Shown: piece by piece, positions 50,138 to 58,833 of the stretch
Layout of the letters: every line of letters begins with the position of its first letter
Position numbering within the stretch: the first letter of the stretch is position 1
Assembly (NCBI GenBank): GCA_037146775.1
Contig: JBAWWL010000001.1
Location: forward strand, 261,464-325,463
Source: Candidatus Omnitrophota bacterium
Lineage (GTDB): Bacteria > Omnitrophota > Gorgyraeia > Duberdicusellales > 4484-171
DNA: 64,000 bases
Direction of reading: 5' to 3'
Position numbers and translations under genes: made by a program
The notes under the pieces: model-generated
The model's input: the letters and a program-made list of their open reading frames with translations, nothing else
Told to the model about the DNA's origin: nothing
The model's database searches: none

Positions 50138-50680
50138 ATGAAGCGAATTTTTAAGATAAATCAAGTTGCTGATATTCCTTGTAAATATCAAAAAACCCCA
50201 ATAGGTTTGTTGCTGGAATATCATAACCTTGGGCGCAAATTTGAACAATATACCCAAGCGCAGCTGTTGATAGGCATGTGCATGGATAATCGAAAACATC
50301 TTCATATACCTGACAATTTTGCATTCATCATCCGGTCAGGTGGCGCTAACTTGCGGTATAGCGAGTTTAAAGTGTCTTATGCTATCGCCGTGGGAGGAGT
50401 TTTGTATATTGTTCTAATCGGGCATAATCAGTGCGGTATGGTCAATCTTGCTGCCAGGAAAGAGCAGTTTATTAAAGGACTTGTTAAAAACGCAGGATGG
50501 CGGAAGAAAGATGCGGCAGAACATTTCGAAAATTATGCGATGATGTTTGAAATTGGGAACGAAGTCGATTTTATTTTAAGTGAGGCAAAAAGATTACAAG
50601 CTAGGTATCCAAAAGTTTCCGTGGCGCCCATGCTTTATCAGGTCCAAGATAACCGGCTATACTTGCTTAATGAGGATTAA
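50138..50680 (+). CDS. Beta-class carbonic anhydrase-like protein
   Basis: The Zn-ligand motifs are present: CMDNR (CxDxR) and HNQCG (HxxC). Confidence 0.5.
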   Translation: MKRIFKINQVADIPCKYQKTPIGLLLEYHNLGRKFEQYTQAQLLIGMCMDNRKHLHIPDNFAFIIRSGGANLRYSEFKVSYAIAVGGVLYIVLIGHNQCGMVNLAARKEQFIKGLVKNAGWRKKDAAEHFENYAMMFEIGNEVDFILSEAKRLQARYPKVSVAPMLYQVQDNRLYLLNED

Positions 50681-50995
50681 TAATAGTTTGCGGGTATTCG
50701 GTTAAGCTGTATATAACAGATTTTTGTACAAATCGAGTTAACTTATGAAGAATCAAGAAGTTACAAACAAAAAAGTATTCTTCTGCACCTTCGGATGGCA
50801 GACGGATGTACTATAGACGGACTACGGAGAAGCTAGCTTAAACTATCCTAACAGTGGAATAACCAATGAGTTATGAAAATTAGTTAACAAGCGAACCGAA
50901 CGTAAGTAAAAAATTCGTTTGGAAGCAGCTAGATTAAGCAAAAAAGGAAGGATGGATTTGAAACTAAAAAAGCAATCAACGAATATTCTAAGATA

Positions 50996-51808
50996 ATGCA
51001 CCATCTTTATTCATTGATTAGGCGCGTATTATTTAAGATTCGAAGATATCCGGTAATGCGGCAGATAAGGGCAGGCAAAAAAATAATCATATTTAATCTG
51101 TACCGTTACTGTAATTTTAATATACCATCGGAAACATTAAATGCTTTTGAACATTTTACATTGTTAGATAATGATATGATTAGGGAAATGAAGTCTTTTT
51201 TAAAATTATCTAAGAATAAGGTTTGTTTTTTAGATGTTGGTTCTTTGTATGGAATATTTTCACTTGCCTTTACAAGCCGTAACCCTCGTGGAATAGCGTA
51301 TTCTATTGAGCCGTCACCCGAACCATTTAGGATCCTCAATCTTTGTCAGCAAAACAATCCAGATTTAAATATAAAATCATTTCAAATTGCATTGGGCGCT
51401 GATGAAGAAGAGATAAGAATGAAGTATGAATGGCAGCATTTGGTGGCTTTAGGTATCGACGAAACGAATAGTAACTATCTAAAAATAAAAACTACGACAC
51501 TAGATAATTTTATCAAGCAATATCGAATCTTTCCAGATATTATTAAAATCGACGTGGAAGGTTATGAATACCATGTTTTGGCAGGAGGGAAACGATTTTT
51601 GAAAGAACAAAGCCCAATTATTTGCCTAGAAGTACATATCCCATGGCTAGAAAGGCTTAGGGTTTCTATTGAGAAACTGCAGGAAGCAATAGTATCTTTG
51701 GATTATAAAGTCTATGATTTAGATCATAAATTAATTAAAAGTTTAATACTATTTTCTAAAAATAAAACTAATTTTAGAATAGTTTGTAGCAAATTACCAT
51801 TAAGGTAA
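50996..51808 (+). CDS. FkbM family methyltransferase
   Basis: It carries FLDVGSLYGIF...IKIDVEGYEYHVLAGG. Confidence 0.75.
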   Translation: MHHLYSLIRRVLFKIRRYPVMRQIRAGKKIIIFNLYRYCNFNIPSETLNAFEHFTLLDNDMIREMKSFLKLSKNKVCFLDVGSLYGIFSLAFTSRNPRGIAYSIEPSPEPFRILNLCQQNNPDLNIKSFQIALGADEEEIRMKYEWQHLVALGIDETNSNYLKIKTTTLDNFIKQYRIFPDIIKIDVEGYEYHVLAGGKRFLKEQSPIICLEVHIPWLERLRVSIEKLQEAIVSLDYKVYDLDHKLIKSLILFSKNKTNFRIVCSKLPLR

Positions 51809-52008
51809 CATTAAAGATGAGATTAGGGCAACATATAAATAGACTATTGTAATAATTATCATTGGGCTGTATTATTCGTATATTGTGTATGGAGAAACTC
51901 TGCGGTATGTGTTTTTTGTATGTTGGGCATGATTTAGCTTATCGTGTGTTTTTATCTAGTATCGTATCGTGATACGAAAAATGCCGTATCCAAATCTTTG
52001 AATAAACA

Positions 52009-53748
52009 ATGGGAAAAATTAAGGCTGGCATAATAAGAGAATGTAACCGCCCCGCATTGCAGTTAGCTACGGTTTTTGTGATTGTTTTGTCTACCCACCT
52101 TATCTTTGTCTTTATGGTTGGCGATTATGGATGGGATGATGGAGCTATTACGCTTGCATTTTCAAGGACTCTGGCTTATAGCTCGAAAATAGCGCTTACC
52201 CCTGTTTCGGAAGTGGTTGAGGGATTCTCTACTCCGGCCTGGATGGTGATTTTTTCATTGATAGCAAAAATATTTAGACCTTCTTTCAGCGTTTTTATCA
52301 GGTCTTCCCAGATCGTTGCGGGAGTTTGTGCTTCGATAGGCGCCTGTTTGTTTTGTCGTTTATCTGCCAAGATAATCCCTCGCGCCGCAGCTGTTTTAGC
52401 ATCGATCTTGCTATTTTGCTCGTCCTCTTTTATTAACGAAACCGCTAATGGCATGGAAAATTCATTGGGGGTAATGTTAGTTCTTTTTATAGCCACGCTC
52501 ATAGATAGGGGTAAAGATAAAAAGCCTGCGATGTTGATTAACATTGCTCTTTTCCTTCTGTCATTCATTCTTGTCACGGTGAGATTTGAATTTGCCTTCT
52601 ATCAGATTATAGCTTCTTTATTTCTAATGTCTGGATTTTCCTGCCAAGCTTTATGGATGACAACGGGATCCTTGAGTGGATTTGTATTGTTAACTCTAGT
52701 AAGAATAAATATTTTTGGTACATATTTGCCAAATACAATATGGGCTAAGTGTCAACCGCCCTACAGCTATTATCGTGGAGGCGCGGTGTTGCACTGGTAT
52801 TATTTTTTAAAAGACAGATATAATGGGTGTATGCAGATGTTCAGCCCGTTTAAGTTCTTATGGTTATCATTTATTCCTTTGTTCTTCTTAACGAGAATGC
52901 TGGGCAGGATATTGGTACCCAAGAAGTTTATCTTAACCCTGTCAGCCTTGGAACGTTATGCTATCGGATATTGCGTCGCGGTTTTAATCTTTTCGACAGT
53001 CATTGGTAAGTCTTGGAGCTATGATGCGAGACTACAACTCTCCGCGCTTCCGCTTTTATTTTATTTACTTCTTTCGATATCTTCCCGAGTCTTTCTAATT
53101 CCAAAGAAGTTGCTTTCTGCTTGTTTTATCTACGCAATGATAATATGCATTGCCGATTCAATAAACAAGTACCCACCATCTGGGGGTATGATGAATTTTA
53201 AAACAGTACATGCGTCTAACGCCGCGATAGGGTGGCGGAGCGTCACTCCTGCAAATTTTAAAATTACCGGAAATGCGGTTGAACATCTTCGGAGAGCCCT
53301 GGGGCTTGAAACGATTTCTTTCCTTGTTCCGGACATAGGAGGCTTGGCGTTGGGACACGAAAGAGTCAGAGTCTTAGATTCCGCATTGTTGGCAAATGCC
53401 TTCTTGGCAAAGTATGGATATAAAGAATTTGCTCATTACATTGAAGCACAGAAACCAGACGTCATCGTAACGCATAGCATATGGTCGGAAGTTTCTGGAA
53501 TTTATAAGTCTCAGTTCTTCAAAAGTAGCTATATTCCGATAGTCATCGACGACAACTGGGTATATGTTCGGCAGGACCACGTTGATTTTTTGAGCTCTAA
53601 AAACTTTCTTAGTCCCTTGCCCATAAATAGCTTTCAGCCTTTGCTCAGGTATAGAGGTTTTATGATCGACGAAATGTTCGTCAATTCTCAGGGTTTCAGC
53701 CCAAATGTAAAACAACTCAAGGAAGAACCCCATGAGCCCAATCATTAA
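52009..53748 (+). CDS. Large polytopic membrane protein, GT-C-fold glycosyltransferase-like
   Basis: It is 579 aa. An acidic DYGWDDG motif sits after TM1, as in the gene at 24083. Many transmembrane helices are followed by a soluble C-terminus. Confidence 0.45.
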   Translation: MGKIKAGIIRECNRPALQLATVFVIVLSTHLIFVFMVGDYGWDDGAITLAFSRTLAYSSKIALTPVSEVVEGFSTPAWMVIFSLIAKIFRPSFSVFIRSSQIVAGVCASIGACLFCRLSAKIIPRAAAVLASILLFCSSSFINETANGMENSLGVMLVLFIATLIDRGKDKKPAMLINIALFLLSFILVTVRFEFAFYQIIASLFLMSGFSCQALWMTTGSLSGFVLLTLVRINIFGTYLPNTIWAKCQPPYSYYRGGAVLHWYYFLKDRYNGCMQMFSPFKFLWLSFIPLFFLTRMLGRILVPKKFILTLSALERYAIGYCVAVLIFSTVIGKSWSYDARLQLSALPLLFYLLLSISSRVFLIPKKLLSACFIYAMIICIADSINKYPPSGGMMNFKTVHASNAAIGWRSVTPANFKITGNAVEHLRRALGLETISFLVPDIGGLALGHERVRVLDSALLANAFLAKYGYKEFAHYIEAQKPDVIVTHSIWSEVSGIYKSQFFKSSYIPIVIDDNWVYVRQDHVDFLSSKNFLSPLPINSFQPLLRYRGFMIDEMFVNSQGFSPNVKQLKEEPHEPNH

Positions 53749-53848
53749 GCGTAACAATTAAAAGCGATGAGAACAAAATGCTGATTGAGCGAAAATCTAA
53801 GGTTTACGGCAATCCCCGAAAGTGTTCCCGCACATGCATTTATGGCTG

Positions 53849-53900
53849 ACCGTTGGCGCAAGTATTGTGGGATGACTTTGGGTATTTTAAAGAAGCCCAC
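53849..53900 (+). repeat. Degenerate copy of the TTGGCG(T/C)AAGT...GATGA(T/C)TTT element
   Basis: TGACCGTTGGCGCAAGTATTGTGGGATGACTTTGGGTATTTTAAAGAAG aligns with the 5' half of the 58706 and 60482 elements. Confidence 0.4.
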
Positions 53901-54017
53901 TGATTGTGGTAATGGAGTTGTAGATGAAGCATCATGATTGTAACTCTTGAAATTATAGCTGATATCTTCTTGGCAGATACCAACTATTAGATTATATGGA
54001 GGTAGCCTTTGAATAGG

Positions 54018-54523
54018 ATGAAGGCAGGGATAAAGAGATTGTCAGAGAAGACGGCAGTGAGGGGACGCTTTCAAAAAATACCTTTCTTAAAATTGAAAGA
54101 GCTCGATTAGAATTTTGTAATATAAAAGCACATCAAAATGGAACATATTCTGCACAAAAGCAATATATTGTTCAAAGTTTAAGGGAAATGCGCAATATTC
54201 TTAAGGAAAAAAATATAGATTTTATAGTCGGTATTTATCCCGATGAGTTTTAGGTTGACAAAAGTTTATTGGAGCAAATCTATCGAAAATATAACCTCAA
54301 AAGAGAAGAGTACGATATCAATTTAATGCAAAAAATTTTAAAGGATTTTTTGGATGCAGAAGGCATAGCTTATATGGATCTATCGGATGAATTTAGTGCT
54401 GAAGGGCAGAAGGGGTCGCTTTATAAATTAAGAGATACTCATTGGAACGAAGCGGGGAATATTCTGGCTGCCGAGATTATATTTAAATGTTTAGTTAAAA
54501 AGATTAAATTAAATAATGAGTAA
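54018..54523 (+). pseudogene. Disrupted SGNH/GDSL-hydrolase-like gene remnant
   Basis: The downstream 84-aa piece ends with the block V-like DTHWNEAGN (DxxH). An in-frame TAG at 54251 lies just upstream of it. Protein-like coding from 54018 (MKAGIKRLSEK...KNIDFIVGIY) continues in a different frame. No N-terminal GDS block or signal peptide is present. Confidence 0.45.
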
Positions 54524-54677
54524 AAATTTTTGTTAAGACTTTCAACCAACCCTTTAACTTGAGGACACTATCGCTGAAAAAACGGGATGGATCGAACAAT
54601 AAAAAAAGCAATGAAAACTCCTTCAAAATGTATGGTGTTTTCCTGGGTAATGAGTATATTCTGGACAGAATTTTGAT

Positions 54678-55457
54678 ATGTTAAAGAATCTTGATATAGA
54701 TTTCATTTTAGAATTATATAGGAAATATAGTAAGGATTTGAAAAGAGTCAGGAAGCAGCAATTGGCTTTTTATCGAAATGATATTATATATAGCGAGGCA
54801 AAACGTATTTTTGCAAAATACTTGAGGCATCTGGGCATAAGAATTTCTGATTCAGCCAGGCTAAGCCCGCACTTTGATGATATCGAGGCAGAAATAACCT
54901 ATCTTTTGGTTAGAGAAAGCCGGCCGGAAACAATAGTTGAATTCTCGCCATGCGGCGGATGGTCAACAGCATGGATATTGCACGCTTTAAAAGATAATAA
55001 GTTCGGAAAGCTATATTCTTATGACATGATAGATGCATCACGAAAAACAGTCCCTCATTATTTATCTAGAAATCGATGGTCATTCATTCTCGGAGACATA
55101 AAGAATAATATCGACAAGTTACCTGCAAAAATAGACTATCTTTTTATAGACTCGGATCACTCTAAAGAATTCGCGCAGTGGTACATACAGCATATATTTC
55201 CTATGATAAAAAATAATATACCCGTAAGCGTCGATGATGTATTCCATACCAGCGATCCTTCGGAATTTTGTGGGGAGGGAGGGGTGATTGTGGACTGGCT
55301 AGAGCGTAAAAAGATTAATTATGTAACAGCTTCTCCTGCAAAGGCAATCGATAATTTTAATCGTATTGTGCAGCAAAAAAATGAATTAGGTATCAGTGCG
55401 TTGATACATACTTCGATAAACAATGCTGCTATATTTTTTCATTTTAAAACAGAGTAG
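54678..55457 (+). CDS. Methyltransferase-like protein (TylF/MycF-type O-methyltransferase fold)
   Basis: It carries ETIVEFSPCGGWSTAWIL...LFIDSDHS, as seen in Methyltransf_24/TylF-like proteins. Confidence 0.45.
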   Translation: MLKNLDIDFILELYRKYSKDLKRVRKQQLAFYRNDIIYSEAKRIFAKYLRHLGIRISDSARLSPHFDDIEAEITYLLVRESRPETIVEFSPCGGWSTAWILHALKDNKFGKLYSYDMIDASRKTVPHYLSRNRWSFILGDIKNNIDKLPAKIDYLFIDSDHSKEFAQWYIQHIFPMIKNNIPVSVDDVFHTSDPSEFCGEGGVIVDWLERKKINYVTASPAKAIDNFNRIVQQKNELGISALIHTSINNAAIFFHFKTE

Positions 55458-55476
55458 GTACGATAGGTAACATTAT

Positions 55477-56280
55477 ATGAACATAAGAGAATTACAAAAG
55501 AATTGGAATGAACTCGGCATAATAGATCCATTATGGGCGATCCTTTCTTATCCCGACAAGAAAGGAGGAAAATGGAATGCAGAAGAGTTCTTTAAATCTG
55601 GTGTCAGGGAAATATCAGAGGTTATGGATTATCTGAAAAAGATTAATATTACATATACTAACAGGAAAGCTCTTGATTTCGGATGTGGCGTGGGCCGTTT
55701 AACGCAGGCACTCGCCCCTTACTTCGATGAGATATACGGTATTGATATTTCTCCTTCAATGATTAAACTTGCAAAGAATTTTAACCGATATCCTGGTACA
55801 TGCCAGTATATTCTAAATGAATGCGATCATTTGCGGATATTACCGGACAATAGCATCGATTTTATTTATACCAACATCGTGTTCCAGCATATTGAACCCA
55901 TCTATACAAAAAGATATATAAAAGAATTTTTACGCATAATGGCGCCCGGCGCCTTAGCGACATTTCAATTAATAACTAAGCAAATTGGAAACATACATCA
56001 CAAAACAGCATTCGCAAAATTTAGAAGTTTTTTCAAGAAAGTAACTCCAAACTTTTTATTAAGATTGTATCGTAGGGTATCCAACCAGCCAGAATGTGGA
56101 GGTGGTGTGTGTGGTCAACCTATTATTGAAATGCACTGTATTAGCGAGAGTGAGATGGTAGATTTGATTCGTAATTGTGGCGGGAAAGTGCTCGATATTG
56201 TTCATAACGATGCAGCCGGTCCAGATTTCGATAGCATCCGGTGTTGCATGACAAAAAATACGGTAACCGAGAAATTCTGA
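55477..56280 (+). CDS. Class I SAM-dependent methyltransferase
   Basis: Motif I is present (ALDFGCGVGRLT) with the post-I acidic residue (GIDIS). Confidence 0.75.
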   Translation: MNIRELQKNWNELGIIDPLWAILSYPDKKGGKWNAEEFFKSGVREISEVMDYLKKINITYTNRKALDFGCGVGRLTQALAPYFDEIYGIDISPSMIKLAKNFNRYPGTCQYILNECDHLRILPDNSIDFIYTNIVFQHIEPIYTKRYIKEFLRIMAPGALATFQLITKQIGNIHHKTAFAKFRSFFKKVTPNFLLRLYRRVSNQPECGGGVCGQPIIEMHCISESEMVDLIRNCGGKVLDIVHNDAAGPDFDSIRCCMTKNTVTEKF

Positions 56281-56312
56281 AACCAGTAGGAAAGGTAATA
56301 GGCCAGAATATA

Positions 56313-56855
56313 ATGAATAGAGAAGGTTTGTTGTGTTGGGAGGACATTAAGACAAGGCAATCGATCTATCTTAATTTAGGTGGTAATGGGAATTGCCATC
56401 CGCACAAAGGTTATGAAAATTATATAGCCGTAGACATTCAACCATCGACCATGGGTTGGCATATAGAACACGATTTACGAAAACCCATTCCTTTACCAAA
56501 CGATTGTGTGGATCGGATTCTTTCCGAAGATTTTCTTGAGCATGTTACAGCAGAAGAAATGAAAAAAATTATTTGTGAATCTTTCCGTCTGCTTAAGGCG
56601 GGTGGTGTTATGAGGATTGGTGTGCCTGATTATAATAACCCCAAAGATAAACCATATCTTCAACAAGGAAAAGACCCGCGGTATCCAGAACATATTACCT
56701 TAACTTACTATGATCTTATGAAAAAAATAATAGGTGAGACGCCATTCATGCGCTATAAGTTCCGACATTATTGGGATAAGGATAAATTTATATGCGAAAA
56801 GATCGATTATACTTATGGAATGGTAAAAAGAACCAGCGATAACGATTTGAGCTGA
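56313..56855 (+). CDS. Class I SAM-dependent methyltransferase (small, Methyltransf_11-like)
   Basis: It carries LKAGGVMRIGVPD. I chose the ATG at 56313 rather than the track start at 56241, which overlaps the upstream gene. Confidence 0.55.
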   Translation: MNREGLLCWEDIKTRQSIYLNLGGNGNCHPHKGYENYIAVDIQPSTMGWHIEHDLRKPIPLPNDCVDRILSEDFLEHVTAEEMKKIICESFRLLKAGGVMRIGVPDYNNPKDKPYLQQGKDPRYPEHITLTYYDLMKKIIGETPFMRYKFRHYWDKDKFICEKIDYTYGMVKRTSDNDLS

Positions 56856-57338
56856 GAAGGGTTGGGATTGTCGAGCATATAACGGGCATGTTTAAGGATT
56901 TAATGTTTATATTATCTCGAAGATCAAAATGTACTTGGCGCAAGCTACAAACTCGAGAGGGGCATCCTTTGCATGTAACTAGTTTAGTGGTGGATTTATA
57001 TAAAGATTAACGAAAGGCATAAGCAGGCGCCAATGCTTAAGTGTCGCCTGCTTTATGGGTAGCTTCATGAAAAAAAGTCTTCATTAAGACCTTCGGCTGA
57101 CCTTATCTTCAGGTTCTACAATAATGAGACTTAGGCACGATTTATCGGGGCTGTAGTCGAATTATCCCCGAACGAAGTGAGTGGGGTACCTAATTTTCTT
57201 CAAGGAAATGATACGTTCGACAGGCTCAGTATTCCTTCAATAGGCTCAGGATGCTGAGCAGAGTCGAAGCACACCCTGAGCGAAGCCGAAGGGCGACTAA
57301 CCCATATTGATTCCTGTCTCTTCGGAAGCTCATCGAGC

Positions 57339-57364
57339 GGGCGGCTTTGCCCCGCCCTTTTATT
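57339..57364 (+). terminator. Rho-independent terminator inside the long noncoding gap
   Basis: A GGGCGG-ctttgcc-CCGCCC hairpin is followed by TTTTATT. Confidence 0.5.
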
Positions 57365-57511
57365 AAGAGGAGCTTGCGACCCCCTACCCTTCCAATAGAG
57401 CTTTCTGCGAGCTTTTACGCAGCAAAAAAGCCAAGTTTCATTAGCGGCGGCGGAAGTGACTATGTTAACCAACATGCCTATTAACTCTATAACATGTTGG
57501 GTAATTTCTTC

Positions 57512-57540
57512 TTGACAGCCGTTACCCAACAGGATATATT
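57512..57540 (+). promoter_or_regulatory. Sigma70-like promoter (TTGACA-17 nt-TATATT) for the gene at 57574
   Basis: The -35 element is an exact consensus, the spacer is 17 nt and the -10 is TATATT. An AGGAGG Shine-Dalgarno lies 7 nt before the ATG at 57574. Confidence 0.45.
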
Positions 57541-57573
57541 GTAGTATGGTTTGTTAGGTAACAGGAGGGACTT

Positions 57574-57894
57574 ATGAGAGGAGTGATAAAAGGGGCATTA
57601 GCAGAGGAGCTTCAGAATTCCCTTAGGATGAAGCGAGAATACGAAGAAGCCTTAAAAAAATTGCCTAAGGGGTGTCTTGCAGTAAGAAAGATAAGGGGTC
57701 ACAAGTATTACTATCTCGTTAAAAGAGAAGACCGCAAGGTTAAATACATTTATAAAGGAAAAATTTCTGAAGAAGAGAAAAATAAGTATGAAAAGACCAA
57801 GGTGTTACGCGCTAAATATCGCAAACTACTAGCGCAAGTTAAAAGGCAAGTTAGATTTTTAAGGAGTTCTTTACGTGGAAAAGAAGTAGTATGA
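57574..57894 (+). CDS. Small basic hypothetical protein (106 aa)
   Basis: It has strong promoter and Shine-Dalgarno signals and is Lys/Arg-rich with a coiled-coil-like region. I do not recognise the family. Confidence 0.5.
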   Translation: MRGVIKGALAEELQNSLRMKREYEEALKKLPKGCLAVRKIRGHKYYYLVKREDRKVKYIYKGKISEEEKNKYEKTKVLRAKYRKLLAQVKRQVRFLRSSLRGKEVV

Positions 57895-57956
57895 TTTATG
57901 TTTTGAGATTTTAAGGCGGTTCCATAAAGAAAAAATTTTAGATAATCTTATTCTGA

Positions 57957-58520
57957 TTGGAAGCTGGTGCTTATTCTTTTATAAAGATTATTTTTCTCCC
58001 GATCCGTATATTGAGCGTATCGTTGTTAAAAACAAGAGATATGGATTTTCTTATAGATGCACCAAATAAAATTAAGCATGAAGTTGATATCCCTGAGTTA
58101 CTTAAAGATTTAGGTTTTGTGGTAGATTTTCGCGGAGATAAAGGGTATATAAAACTTGACCATCCCGATCTTATACTTGAATTTTTAGTTCCAGAGAAAG
58201 GTAAGGGAATCGATAAACCATACCGAATTCCCGCATTTGGTATAAATGCTACTGCTCTGAGATTTTTTGGTTTCTTGTCAAACAATACCATAAAAGTTAA
58301 AATTGATGATTTTTATCTAACCTTACCACATCCCGCTAACTTTGCCCTCCATAAATTGATAATATTTCAGCGCAGAGCTAAGAAGGATAAGGCGGAAAAA
58401 GATAGGAATACTGCGATAGAAATTTTAAAAGCATTAATAAATAAAGGCGAAGCACATATCATTAAAAATGTTTTTCGTTCAGTTCACCGAAAGTGGCAAA
58501 ATAAGATACTGAAGGATTAA
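57957..58520 (+). CDS. Hypothetical protein (possible nucleotidyltransferase-fold / TA-like partner of the gene at 57574)
   Basis: It is 187 aa, 63 nt downstream of the 106-aa ORF, and starts at TTG or a later ATG. No diagnostic motif was seen, so the nucleotidyltransferase-fold idea is speculative. Confidence 0.4.
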   Translation: MEAGAYSFIKIIFLPIRILSVSLLKTRDMDFLIDAPNKIKHEVDIPELLKDLGFVVDFRGDKGYIKLDHPDLILEFLVPEKGKGIDKPYRIPAFGINATALRFFGFLSNNTIKVKIDDFYLTLPHPANFALHKLIIFQRRAKKDKAEKDRNTAIEILKALINKGEAHIIKNVFRSVHRKWQNKILKD

Positions 58521-58705
58521 AAGAAGCAGAAGAAAAGGATATTGAGGAGATATTGGCTGATGGATGACTGTGACTAAGGCTATAACTCTTGAGTCAAAAT
58601 GGCGCAGAAGGCTATATCAACGACATGGATACCCCAAAAAAATCAATGAAAATGACAGCCTGCCCCGAGCAATGTCGAAGGGTCTATATTAAAACTTTCG
58701 ACTGT

Positions 58706-58806
58706 CCGTTGGCGTAAGTGGCGAGAGATGATTTTGAAGCTTTTAAATAAGATAAATGGCTGTGAATAATAGAGTTGGCAAAGAAGGAGCTGAACGTAAG
58801 TGGAAA
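58706..58806 (+). repeat. 101-nt intergenic element, copy A (identical to 60482-60582)
   Basis: The sequence is CCGTTGGCGTAAGTGGCGAGAGATGATTTTGAAGCTTTTAAATAAGATAAATGGCTGTGAATAATAGAGTTGGCAAAGAAGGAGCTGAACGTAAGTGGAAA. It ends 28 nt before the start codon of the gene at 58834. Confidence 0.8.
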
Positions 58807-58833
58807 GGGCTTTTTGTAAAAAAAGAGAAAATA

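Noticed and set aside
57130-57365. A possible tmRNA or RNase P RNA in the long noncoding gap (GGGGCTGTAGTCGAATTATCCCC... resembles a tmRNA 5' end).
   Set aside because: There is no tRNA-like 3' end (GGTTCGAATCC...CCA). There is no plausible tag-peptide reading frame ending in ...ALAA-stop. RNase P conserved boxes are absent. I keep the region only as a generic candidate sRNA.
57574-58520. A confident call of the 106-aa + 187-aa pair as a specific TA family (AbiE, or an MNT-HEPN-type nucleotidyltransferase / substrate-binding-protein pair).
   Set aside because: I could not find the GS-x(9-13)-DxD nucleotidyltransferase motif or an R-x(4-6)-H HEPN motif. It is kept only as an unclassified candidate module.
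58706-58725. A sigma54 (-24 GG / -12 GC) reading of TTGGCGTAAGTGGCGAG in the repeated element.
   Set aside because: The GG-GC spacing is 10 nt rather than the required 12, and there is no TTGC -12 core. The match is not convincing.
58756-58833. N-terminal extensions MAVNNRVGKEGAERKWK... annotated as the starts of the amidohydrolase (58756) and the secreted protein (60542).
   Set aside because: The extension lies inside the 100%-identical noncoding element and has no Shine-Dalgarno. The downstream ATGs coincide with signal-peptide starts, and one has a GGAGGA Shine-Dalgarno. The in-frame arrangement is kept as a low-interest finding.
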